64,000 bases of DNA from Magallana gigas (lineage: Eukaryota), in contig NC_088855.1 in assembly GCF_963853765.1 (NCBI RefSeq), positions 15,810,001 to 15,874,000 on the forward strand, in the 5' to 3' direction. Position 1 is the first letter of the stretch; each line of letters starts with the position of its first letter. The notes below the pieces were generated by a model. That model ran no database searches. It saw nothing but the letters and a program-made list of their open reading frames with translations, and had not been told where the DNA came from. This document shows, piece after piece, positions 11,049-22,700 of this stretch. The position numbers and the translations under genes were made by a program.

Positions 11049-12499
11049 TTTCTTTCAATACTTTAACTGTGTACTATCGAATGGTATTAAATTATTATCC
11101 TAATCAATAAATAAGTTGACACAAAATAAGAGAATTAGTCCTGATCTGTAGAGCATACTTGCAACTGTATCGGATTCATTTGGCATGACTACAAAGGGAA
11201 CTTGAACGTCAGGCAGGCAAATATTTTATGTCGATTATTAAATTACGCTTCATATAATATCCCGCAGTTATATTTTTTAAAATAATCGATTAAGCTGTCA
11301 TTCCTAAAAAATTTAGAATAATTTAGCCAAATGATGAAACAAATGGACACATAAAACTCTACATTACTAGTATCAACTTCTAATTTATAAAAAAAAAACT
11401 AATTATACACCATCTACAAAAATCTTATATTCTTTGAATTTGTAATCAAAATTCAAAACTAATGGACCTTTTTAGAATTATCTAAACAAGGTTTCAAGAA
11501 AAGTTCTACAGTGTCAATATTAATTATACAAAATCAAAGTTCTCACTTCTCATAAAGACAACATTGTTATAAAGCATAATTGATCTACATTTTGAGTCTT
11601 TGTCAAAATTCAAGATGTATGTTTCTCACAATTCATAATTTTTATACTGACTCATTGTTCATAAATGCGTGTTCGAAGCCAGTAAAAAAGTTGGTGAAAA
11701 AGTGTACAAATCTTTATAAATATGAATAAATTTTTTGATGAAAGTTATTTACAGTCTCAAAATGGTTTGTTATGAATAATTTAACTGTTATTTTCAATGC
11801 AGCTTCATTAATTTTCTCAAAAATTGTTTTGGAGCGATTCTGCAATTTTTTGCTTCATTACGGGTATATGGGAGCAGAGACATAAATAATTTTTATTATG
11901 TTATGTTATTTGTGTCTCTGATGGGAGTCATTTTAACTGTGGTGAAGGTCTGTCCCAAGACACAGATTATTCTAACTAAGCAAAGTGTAGTGAAATTAAT
12001 AGCATTATTGTAGGCTTAAAGATTGGTTAACTAAATGTAAAAAAAAAAAGGTGTGTTGATGTATCTATTTCGTAAATGTCCGATATCATATGCAATGTCA
12101 ACCCGTGAACGCACGGGTCAAAGTCAAGTAAGATTTAAGTTTTAAAAGGCCGTCCCTTGTACTGCATTCTCCAGTCAGTTGGCTGATGCCCATTTTACAA
12201 TCAATGTGGGGAAATCCAAATCCCTTTTCACAAATTCACTGCAAAACAGTTTACAAATTCTTAATTAGTTGTTTGGTTTGAACAGAGAAAGAGTTCTGTC
12301 AGATAGCAACTTACTTCTCACAAAGCTTTTTAAAATAACACTATGCCAGGGCTTTTGTGACACCAAAAATAAAAGTTCATTATTCTGTGGGTTATTTCCT
12401 GGTTTGCGGTTATTTTTTCCCAATTCCTAATCACAGTTTTGAGAAGAAAGCGCGATAGAAATACTAGTTCTAATATAAACAAATCTTTCTCCGAGCCAT

Positions 12500-12865
12500 A
12501 GAGGCGAATATAAGGCCGATGCTTTTCCCTGGTTTCCGTGGTGCTAAGCGGATGACAAACATTGACCCCCACCCCCCACCCCCGGATAGGACACCAGTCC
12601 ATCGCAGGTTAACTCCCAGCGTATGTCGTTACCCAATTTCAGCTAGAGAAACATTGACCCCCATCCCCCACCCCCGGATTGGACACCAGTCAATCACAGG
12701 TTAACTCTCAGCGTATGTCGTTACCCAATTTCAGCTAGATGGCATGAGACAATGTAGATTAGGTGCCTTGTTTAATGACATAACAAACAACATAAGGCGA
12801 CCACAGTTCGTCTTGAATTAGCGGCCGTCTTGTTACCGCCTGTGACCTTTAAGCCATAAGCTTGT
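12500..12865 (-). mobile_element. Degenerate tRNA-derived SINE-like repeat with a 92-bp internal tandem duplication (12557-12648 / 12649-12740)
   Basis: The segment ggataggacaccagtccatcgcaggttaactcccagc...acccaatttcagct...gagacaatgtagattaggtgccttg resembles the reverse strand of widespread invertebrate SINE bodies (from recollection). The duplication is seen directly. Confidence 0.5.
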
Positions 12866-12959
12866 ATAATTTCCATACACTCTCAAGGGGGAGGAAATAT
12901 CAATTATTTTGACTTCTTTAAGCTCCTGTATATTGGTTAAAACGTAAAGCGATATAAAT

Positions 12960-13390
12960 AAATCAGTCGGAAGCAAATTGAAAGTGGGGGGGGGGGGGCT
13001 AAACTAATCCTCAGATATCTTGACAAAACCTAATTCCCCAAACTCCCAAAATCATGAAAATCCTAATCCGTTGGGGGGGGGGGGGGGGGGAGGGGAGGTG
13101 ATAACCATAGTTCCAAAAAAAATCTTTCCTACCAAAATCCCCCCCCCCCCAAATCATGAAATTCCTTATCCGTGTAGGGGGGGGGGGGGGGGGGGAATAG
13201 TATACCTATAATTCCAACTTCTAAATATTTCAATCTTTTCAAGGTAAATTTCAGATCAATTATGCTTGCTGCGAGAAAAAGTGGGGGGGGGGGGGGGGGG
13301 GCTCAACCTTCTTTTATGCTATGTGCCTAATGGTTAGGTCTTACTTGGCAAAAAAGTGGGGGGGGGGGGGGGCTAAGCCCCCCTCCCTAG

Positions 13391-13452
<62 letters not shown>
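12960..13452. repeat. Poly-G/poly-C-rich repeat remnant ending in (CT)~27 (13398-13452)
   Basis: Five long G runs (~12985, 13073, 13176, 13283, 13357) with a repeated aaagtgggggg...gct motif, followed by a CT microsatellite. Confidence 0.6.
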
Positions 13453-13456
<4 letters not shown>

Positions 13457-13747
13457 ACGGAAGACTATTTCCTGTTTCTAAACGAATACATGAATAGGTT
13501 AAGTCGGAATAGAAAATATTTATGCATAACCCACTTTACATTCTAGTTTTTTAAAAAGTTAAAATATCGGGCAGTTGGGTTTTCCTACTTCTTTTCATAA
13601 ATTTGTATTCTAGATTAGTTGTGTGGCTACAAACCAATCGGATGAGTTAGTTGCAAGGCATCATGGGATTTTAGAACTTTTAATGGGTAAACGGGGTTTT
13701 AATAAATAAAAACTTATTCTTTGATCAAGATAGGATCATAAAAAGAC

Positions 13748-16700
13748 ATGGCGGTTAAATGTTTACTGATTTTCATGGCGCTTGCTGCATATTTTCAAGG
13801 TTAGTTTTATAAAAAGTTCATCTCCAAAGTTGATAGTTCTTATTAATATTCTGTAAATAAAATTCTGTATTACATTAAAAGGATAATAACAAAATTAAAG
13901 TTACGGTAACTTTGATACTTTTGCATGCTTTTTTACATTTTCAAAAGGGTTTTTTTCCTGTTTTAATTAATACTGTCCTTATCTTAAATTTTAAGAAAAC
14001 ACTACAAGTACATGACTGAATTTTATGTACATTTTAATCAATGTTAGAGCGGGGGTAATGCTCATCTATAGATATTCCTTGACACATATGTTTTATCATT
14101 ATTGTCTATCTATAGATATTTTCATGGAGAAAAGCTAACAGAGCCCCTTAAATAAAGACTATAAAATAACTGATGAATCTTCTAACCATTTACTCTTTTT
14201 AATTTAAAAAAGTCTAAATTTGTTCCTTCCTTTTACATTCAATGCCCGAACAAGATTGAAGTCTGTAAAATAAACACAAATGTACAAACAGTATTGAAAT
14301 AATGAACAGGAAGAGGCGCCATTGAATCCATTCAATATTTTGTCTTTAAATGTCGCTTATCTCCAAAACTATCAAACCTTTAAAAATATTTTTTTTCTTT
14401 TTCAAACTTATTGGATGGTTTCAGATTTTAGCTACGATAGAAATATATTCATCATAAAGTTTGACTTGAAAAAAAAACGACATTTCAAATCCATTCAGTG
14501 CCTCCGAAAAAGGTTTGCTAAGTTTCTATTCATTATCCGCTTTTGAAAAGGGTTATGACCCTTTATTCGTTCACACAATACCGAAAATGTTTTTGTTGAG
14601 TCTAGGACAAAACGTCGAGATGATATTAGTTTACAGACGGAAGTACAAAGAAACAGGCGGATGTCGGACAAAATACTCTGAATGCTGTAGGATCAGTGCT
14701 CTTCAAATCAAATTTTAATCAATTTCTAATTGTTCTTCCATGTGAACCACTTTAAGAGTGAAATTGACTTAGCTGTCATAATTATGGTTTAACTCTACAT
14801 TATACCTATAAAAAGGAACAAAATAAAACTGTCTTATTTTCAAACTTTAAACATATAGATATGTAATCAACAAAACTGTTTAATTACAGGTATAGAGGCC
14901 CGCAGAGCAAGAGTAAGATTCCGGTGAGTTAGGTACACATTGACACATTTAAAAGAATTAAATAAATTGAAAATGCTATCTTATCATTTTAAGTGGGTAT
15001 AAATACAGGAAGAAGGAAAATATAATCAAAAGATCAAAATTTCGGACTTCTGGTCCATTAAAATCCCTAAATTATACTAATAAAGAAGTAAATAATTGTA
15101 ATGTATTGGAAAATAACGTTTAACAAAATTTCTTCTATAAAGAATTACAAAATATTTCACAATTAAAAGTTATTATAAAAAGCCAATGCCTTAAGAGCCC
15201 TCACGGCCCCTAATTTGAAAGGCCAACCCATTTTCTTGATATCAAATGAAAACTTAATTTTTGAATTTATTTCATGTAAAAGTTCATATCTTCACATACA
15301 ATTAGATAAAAGTGCATTACAGTGCATACGCATCACAAATACATATCATTTAAGACAGAGGTATAAAAGCGGTCAGATGCCGTGGATAAACTCTAGCTCT
15401 TAATTTTTTAAAGTTGTTTCTTTTTGTTTTACATGTCTTAACAACATACTTTTGAGAAAAGAGATATTTTAAAAAACTATTAAAAATCAGGACGCTTTTT
15501 TAACCTTAATTTTTAAGCTTTACAAGCTTTTGTGTTTTTAATGACAGAACAATAAAAATCTTCGGTCTACAATCCCTGAAAATTTGAACTCAATATCTTC
15601 ATTTATTTAGTAGAAAATCTAAACATCGTTTGAAATGTCAATATCTCAAAAACATAAATGACGTCATCAATGCAAAAAATCCAATATTTGTTAGTTTTAA
15701 ACGTTTCCTAAAATCTTCCGAGCCAAATAAACATCAAAATGATTATAGACATTGAATTCTAATTTTGAAATTGTTGGTTCCATAACACCATAGACTAGAC
15801 TAAGTATCATACCGCGCTAGCGTGCGGTAATCAAGTTTTGTCTCTGTGGCCTTGCGTGTTCTAAGAACGAGCATATTTAAGAATAACCATTCAATGCTTA
15901 AATAAAACAGCATTATATTAAAAGCTAGATGAATTTTGTTTCAATATTATATACATTTATGAATCATTTTCATGCGAACAAGAACCTTGAGCTGATAACA
16001 CTATCGGTTTTATTTTCTTCAGAGGAGGAAGGGGAGGAGGGGGAGGAAATGACTTTCTTGTTTACCTTGGTATCTTTGGTTCAGCGATAATTGGAGTGTG
16101 TTTCTTTGCTTGTGTCCTTTATTTCTTGCCCACAATTCGGCGGATTAAACGCTATCTGTTTCGCCTTTGTTGTTGTTGTTGCGCAAACCAACAGGCAGAA
16201 GTCGATGCAGGTATGTAAACCCATAAATATTGTATATTTCATGTATACGTTTATGATAAGCTATTATTTGTTTCATATATCAACAATGTTCTGTTGTAAT
16301 CCTAATAATTGAATTTGATTTAAAAATTAAACGATACTTACAAAGTAGAAGTTTGATTGTAATTCTCCGAAGTATGCGTCAGTATTAGAGATCAGGTGAG
16401 ATTGCAAAGCTATTCCCAGAATTCAATCTTAAAAGGTGCTGAGGCCACAAACAGAGACTCTCAATACAGGGTGGGTGCGGTGTGGCACCTGATCTCTAAT
16501 ACTGACGCATACTTCGGAGAATTACAATCAAACTTCTACTTTGTAAGTATCGTTTAATTTTTAAATTCTCCATCAGTATGCGTCAGCATCGAGATCACGT
16601 GAGAGATTTAAAGTGTGGTCACAGCACTAAATATGAGAAATGGACTTAGCAATAATGTCCTAATTTCTACTGAAAGCATTAACAAATTTTTTAATTTACC

Positions 16701-19700
16701 AAATTTATTAAAACAAACATTTTCAACCTATTGGGTTGAATTGTCACTTGTGGAATATTTGGATAAAACTGACAGTCCAAAATTATCACTATTTACAGTT
16801 CTGTGGTAAAACTTATGAAATGTTCCTGAGTTAGACCATCCTGCAGCATTCATGATACCGGTGAGCGACATTCCCACAGACTTTGCAGCACTAGTGGCAG
16901 CGGAGCGTGTGCTATGTGCACTAAAAATGTTCGTGTCTATGCCAGCGTCTGTCATCACTTTTTTGATCCAGCGAGCTACCGTTTGACTAGTTACAGCATT
17001 ATGTGGTTTTCTAATCATCAACAATAACTTAGTTGTATCTCCTCTAATATCTGCTGTTGTTTTTAAGTACAGTTTCAACAGTGAATATACACACAGAGGT
17101 GGACTATCTGAAAACTTTCTTAACACTAAAGGCGCAACTTGAAAAGATGGTCTTGTTTGCTTGAGTAACACATTAAACCTAAATACTATACAATCATCCT
17201 CTATATACATATCTCTTATATCTAAACAAGCTAAGGACTGACAACGTTGTCCTGAAACTAAAGCTAATAACATAGTCAACTTAGAGGTCATATCTGGTAA
17301 GGACAAACTCTCATTTTCTAACAAACTAAGGTATTCTAACACTATATTTACATCCCAAGTAGTACCATATCTAGGCAAACAAGGTTTAATATTGAATACA
17401 CCTCTCAAGAATCTTTTCACTAAAGGATGTTGGCCTACAGGGAGATTATCTACAATAATGAAACCTGACAGTGCTGATCTGGCTGTGTTTATAGCACTAT
17501 AACCACAACCCTCTGTCATAAGTGATGCTAAAAAATCTAACACATTAGAAATAGTAGGTACACAACTGTTACACTGAACTTGACTTGAATATTGAAACCA
17601 CTTCTTAATGTACACATTGTATTGTTTACATGTGGAGCCTCTCCATGATTTCATAAGAACTGAAATTGATCTTTCCGATAAATCAAGTTTCTTGAAATTT
17701 TCCCTGAAACATGGCACACCATCAAATGAAGTTTTCGGGCCAGAGGGTGCACTTGTGTAGGACTGTTTTTCAACTGCAGCATTGTTTTGGATGGCTTCAG
17801 AGCAAGTGGAGGTTTCACACACATTCTCAAGATGATTGGGTACCAGTTCTGTGTGTCCCATAGAGGTGTAACCAAGAGGCCTTCTGCTTTGTCCATCAGG
17901 ATTTTTTGACATACTCGGTCGATAATGCTAAACGGAGGAAAAGCATAAAAAGACAAATTAGTCCAAGAAATAGTGAATGCATCAACAAAAGATGCTCCAG
18001 GTTCATTTTTCCAACTTACAAAACATTCTAACTGTTTGTTAAGTCGAGATGCAAATAAATCAATATGTGGTTTAAAATATACACTAGTTATAGTTTTAAA
18101 AAGTTTTTCATTCAACATCCATTCTGTTTCATCTCGAATCATTCTACTCTCCCTGTCTGCCACTACATTATCAACACCTGGTAAATGTACAGCTGTTAAC
18201 CACATATTATTTCTTTGCACAAAAGTCCATATTTCTCTAGCTTTATAATTACATGCTGTTGATTTTGTACCACCCATATTGTTAATATATGCCACTGTTG
18301 TGGAATTGTCACAATAAATTTTTACATGTTTATTACACAACTCAGCATGAAAACTTTGTAGTCCAAGAAAAACTGCATGTAATTCCAAATAGTTAATGTT
18401 GGGCAAGTACTGTTTTTCTTCAATGGACCAATGTCCCCCTGTAGAGACACCATTGTATTCTGCCCCCCAACCTATTCCTGATGCATCAGTGGTTAGTGTC
18501 GCTTGGATACTTTTCTGTCGAATTGGAGCCTTGATGCCACTATTTATTTGTATTGACCACCATTTTAAGTCTTGAAGCGCCTCTGCTGACAGTGTCATTT
18601 TTGAATCAAAGTTTCCCTTGTTACATTTAAGAGCTATAGCTTTTTCTTTTTCAAGTAGTTTGGTATGTAACAATCCTAAAGGAATTGCTACTGAAGATGA
18701 AATAAGGACTCCCACTAGTTCTGCCACTTGTCTAATTGAGTGTGATTTATTTGAACAAAAATGGTGATAAAGATTTTTGAATTTCTTTATCTTTTCCGGA
18801 GTAAGACTGATTGTCATTGATTTAGAATTCAAAACAAATCCTAAAAATACAATTTCGTGTGTAGGTACCACCACTGATTTTTCTTTATTGATCTTAAATC
18901 CCAATTGTTCAAATAGATCTATTGTGTCTTGTATGTTTTTTAAACACTGTTCATAAGTTTCTCCTTGTAAATAGGAATCATCAATGTATGCAACAGACAC
19001 ATGTCCTTTAGATCTAAGTGAAGCATATACTGGTTTTAGGAGCTTAGTGAATAGTCTGGGTGCACTTGACAGACCATTTGGTAAACATGTGTACTGATAA
19101 AGAGTTCCTTTCCAAATGAATCTTAAATATTTTCTGTCAGGATAGGCTACATTCACAGTATAATATGCATCACTTAGATCCACAGAACCCATATAACATC
19201 CCGGTTGAATCAATCTTAAAGCTGTACACAGTGTTTCCATTTTAAAATGAGCATACTCAATGTTTTCATTCAGTTGTTTTAAATTCAAGATAACACGATA
19301 GCTGCCATCCTTTTTAGGACGTAAAAACACAGATGATATATATTCATCATCAGAGTGTGAAGCTTTCTCCACTACCCCTTTCGCCATTAACTTTAATAAC
19401 TCTCTGTCTAGAGCCACAGCCTCTGCAGAGTTGAGTTTAGTTTCTCTCACTGAATATTGAACAGGTACTGAAGTAAATTCTAATGAATATCCTTTAACAG
19501 CATTAAGGATGTATCTGTCATGTGTGATAGTTTTCCACACTGATAGAAATTGACTAATCCGTCCGGCATGTTGAATGTCACCTACCTTCTCTACTTTTGG
19601 TGGGACACGGGTTTCTTGTTGTAGTTCTTCTTTGTTTCGTGATTGCTGTGGTGGTAGTTCCGGTTGTAATGCCCCAGCTGGTAATGCTGGGGTCCTCTCC

Positions 19701-22700
19701 CTAAAAAATTAGGTTTGGATCTTTCTCTGAACTTCAGACGAGGATTGAACTTCATTCTAGTTTTGGAAGTTTTGTCATCATAAGCTACCTTGTTAGCCAT
19801 TTTGTTGTGTTCCGTGATGTTTTTCATTTTTTCCACCACGTCATCACCAAACAAATATGCCGTTATTTCAGTCTGACTAGTGCACAGTTTTTTGTATTCT
19901 GGTTTCATGTTATTTTTTATACATGCTTTTCTGTGCAAAGAAAGTTCAGTGTTACTAGAGGCCAACAAAGCCACACCATCGAGCAGATCTTTGGCTGCTT
20001 TGTTTTTGTCAAATTCATTGTTAGGTTTCAGCAAGCTATCCACCACCTTGATTACGGGACCAAGTCCTTTCAATAGGGTTTTCTGGATCTTATGAACCTT
20101 TACGTCCGTCGACCTCGTAGTTTCGTTCATACAATAGTTCCAAACGAAATCATTCACTCGAGGAAATTCCAACTTGCAGTTTTCTGGCCGTAAATGTTTA
20201 TCAAACAAGTCATTTTTCTTCGAATCTTCTAATTTGTTGACTAACAGCTTATTTACTAAGTCTGCTAATTTTGTTGTCACGGCATCGGAAGTTTTTTCCT
20301 CAACAATGTAGTTGGAAACAGCGAAGAAATCTTCGTCATGTTTATCCGTGCCGCCATTTTTGTTTACCTCTACGTCATGTCCGCCCAAGTCTGAAGGCCC
20401 CGCCTCCTTTTGACTGACAGCGGGTAATTTTCCATGCGCGGTCGACTCGCAGCTTATCTTGGCCTTTTTTGCCGCGTTATTAGAAACGTTGTCGGCCTTT
20501 CTTTTAGTTGTACTATGTTTTCCAACCGATTCAGAATCACTATCATCAGCCGATTCTGCTTGCACATAAATCAAATTATTTATTGCATCCAAAGATTTCT
20601 TCATGGCCATCATAGCCGAATTTTGATCTACCATGAATCTTTTGAACATCGATTCGGTAACAAATTCGGTGTTATGCACAGTATCTTGTTCGCTGCACAT
20701 TTTATCTTGTGTAGTTACGTAATCTTCTTCTTTAGATCTTGGTCTCGAAGAATCATCGTCCACCCACTTATGGGCATTTGGTGACGAATTATGTTCAAGC
20801 GCATCTCGCTTACGAGAATGCTTTGCACTTGTATGCGCATCTTGATCATGATGCGTTTCCGACTGTTCAATGACTTGGGTTAGAAAATCCCCCAAAATGG
20901 CGTCGGAGCCTGAGGGACGCTCCTCGTCCATCATGTCCATATCCATATCGTAAAAACGCACGATAAAACAGTTTACATCTAAAAACTCCTTTCAAATTTA
21001 CCGCAAATGTTCTGCACCAATTCACTATCCAACGAGAAACGCTAAATGTACTAAAAAACGGTCACAAAACAAATTTAAATTACAGAGCATAAAATTCCAC
21101 GACTGATCAAATCTGGGTCAAACTTCGCATTGAATTCTGGGAATAGCTTTGCAATCTCACGTGATCTCGATGCTGACGCATACTGATGGAGAATGTTTAT
21201 CCTTTGCTATTAAGAATTGATATTATATTTGAAAAACCAAAATATGCATACTACTAGTCATAATTAATTGCAGGAATCGCCAAAAACACAAACTCGTTAA
21301 AGAACAGACATGAATAGGATATGTAGCTACAGCAAAAAACAATTGACACGATGTAGTCATTAGACGGCAATAACCGCATGAATTGTCACTAAATGACACA
21401 CTCTCTTGTACCAGTTTTAGTAAAAAAAAAAAAAAAAGAAGAAGAAGAAGAAGAAGAAGCATGCAACTTCTGGTACTTTTTAAAAATTACAATTTTCATA
21501 AAGGATGAGATCTCATCTCATAACACACATAAACGGCCCATTATGTACAATTTGGTGTAAAACTGCATGTAAATTTTAAAATCAATAATCTAACATATCA
21601 TATCATACGAGGGTTGTTCGGAAACTATTGAGACAACTCGAATATTTTCTTTTCTAATTGACGAATTTTGGTGAAAATTGGCATAGACACTAAAGAAACG
21701 ACAACAAATAATAAAACAAAGTAATATTAAAAGAATATTTAATATTTTGTTTACGACGGTAGATAATCAAGTCGGTGGTCGGAGATTTAACAACTTAAGC
21801 ATCTACTTTATAAGTGTCCGTAGAATTACAGTTAATGATAAAAGAAATCAAATTAAACATGTTCATTTTGCTATTCTTTGCGACTAACTTTTGATTTAAG
21901 TTTCACTGATGTTCGAGTTGAAATACGGATATGGTACACATATATTTACCAAACAATAGAAATCTGACAACGACTTTACATTGAATTTTGACGTCAAGGC
22001 GGCGCATTGAAAACCGTCAAACTGGTGAAAATATCAGAAAAGGACCTTTTAGGGCCACGCAATTGCTTAAAAAACTATTCGATGACAAAAGAAGGCATAG
22101 AGCCTCAGTTCATCATATTTTTTTCACTAATTGTTAAACTAGAATTAGGCCAAAGGGATTAATTATCAAGTATTTTTGACATACTAACTGTTGTCAACAG
22201 TTCTAAAATATATAAAAAAAAAAATGACTGCATGAGACATTCACAGTAATTAGACTTTCGGGTAAAAATAACTCGATTTTTACCCACCACCCCCCCCCCC
22301 CCAAAAAAAAAAACCAAACAAACAAAACCACAAGAATTATAGAAAATATAAATGATGACATCTTGAAATGAAAACAAAAGATGAGCAATAAAGAATAATT
22401 CTTATTTCCGTTCGTTTGTAAGGTGTTTAAAACACAAGAACAATAAGAAGCGTTAAAATGACGTTGCGTAAAGTTTGCAGTTGCGCCGGGTCACTGGACG
22501 AAGGCATGTTGGTTAGCTTACCAGGAATGATCTATTCATGCCATGGACAAGAAACTTTTCACATTGATAATCTCTATCCTGATTTCCGTTTTGGTGAAAT
22601 TTCAAGAGTTTATCTTTTTAACTAAAAGAATAAGAGAAAATGTCTCAATGATTTCCGAACAACCCTCGTAGATACATGTAGTATGGTCTATATAATTATA

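Larger units (their letters stand above)
991..12128 (+). mobile_element. Helitron-like region delimited by canonical termini: 5' TC at 991 and 3' hairpin + CAAG at 12101-12128
   Basis: A|TCTATACTACTAC at 990/991. Hairpin ACCCGTG-aacg-CACGGGT at 12101-12118, then CAAG (CTRR-like) at 12125-12128 followed by T, i.e. an A|T target. Sequence after 12128 (taagattt...aaaaggccgtccc) resumes homology with the paralogous intergenic region at 26594. That both ends belong to one element is inference. Confidence 0.6.
16320..21194 (-). mobile_element. Full-length DIRS-type tyrosine-recombinase retrotransposon in intron 3 of copy A
   Basis: Left terminal repeat ~21130-21194. Right inverted terminal repeat plus extension ~16320-16427. 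Internal complementary region 16486-16605, whose halves match the right extension (16321-16398) and the start of the left repeat. Three uninterrupted ORFs. The empty site is visible in paralogue B at ~30695-30735. Confidence 0.95.

Noticed and set aside
17651-17930. Second frameshift linking pol to the tyrosine recombinase
   Set aside because: YR is in the -1 frame, but I found no in-phase X XXY YYZ heptamer in the overlap, and YR has its own ATG at 17912.
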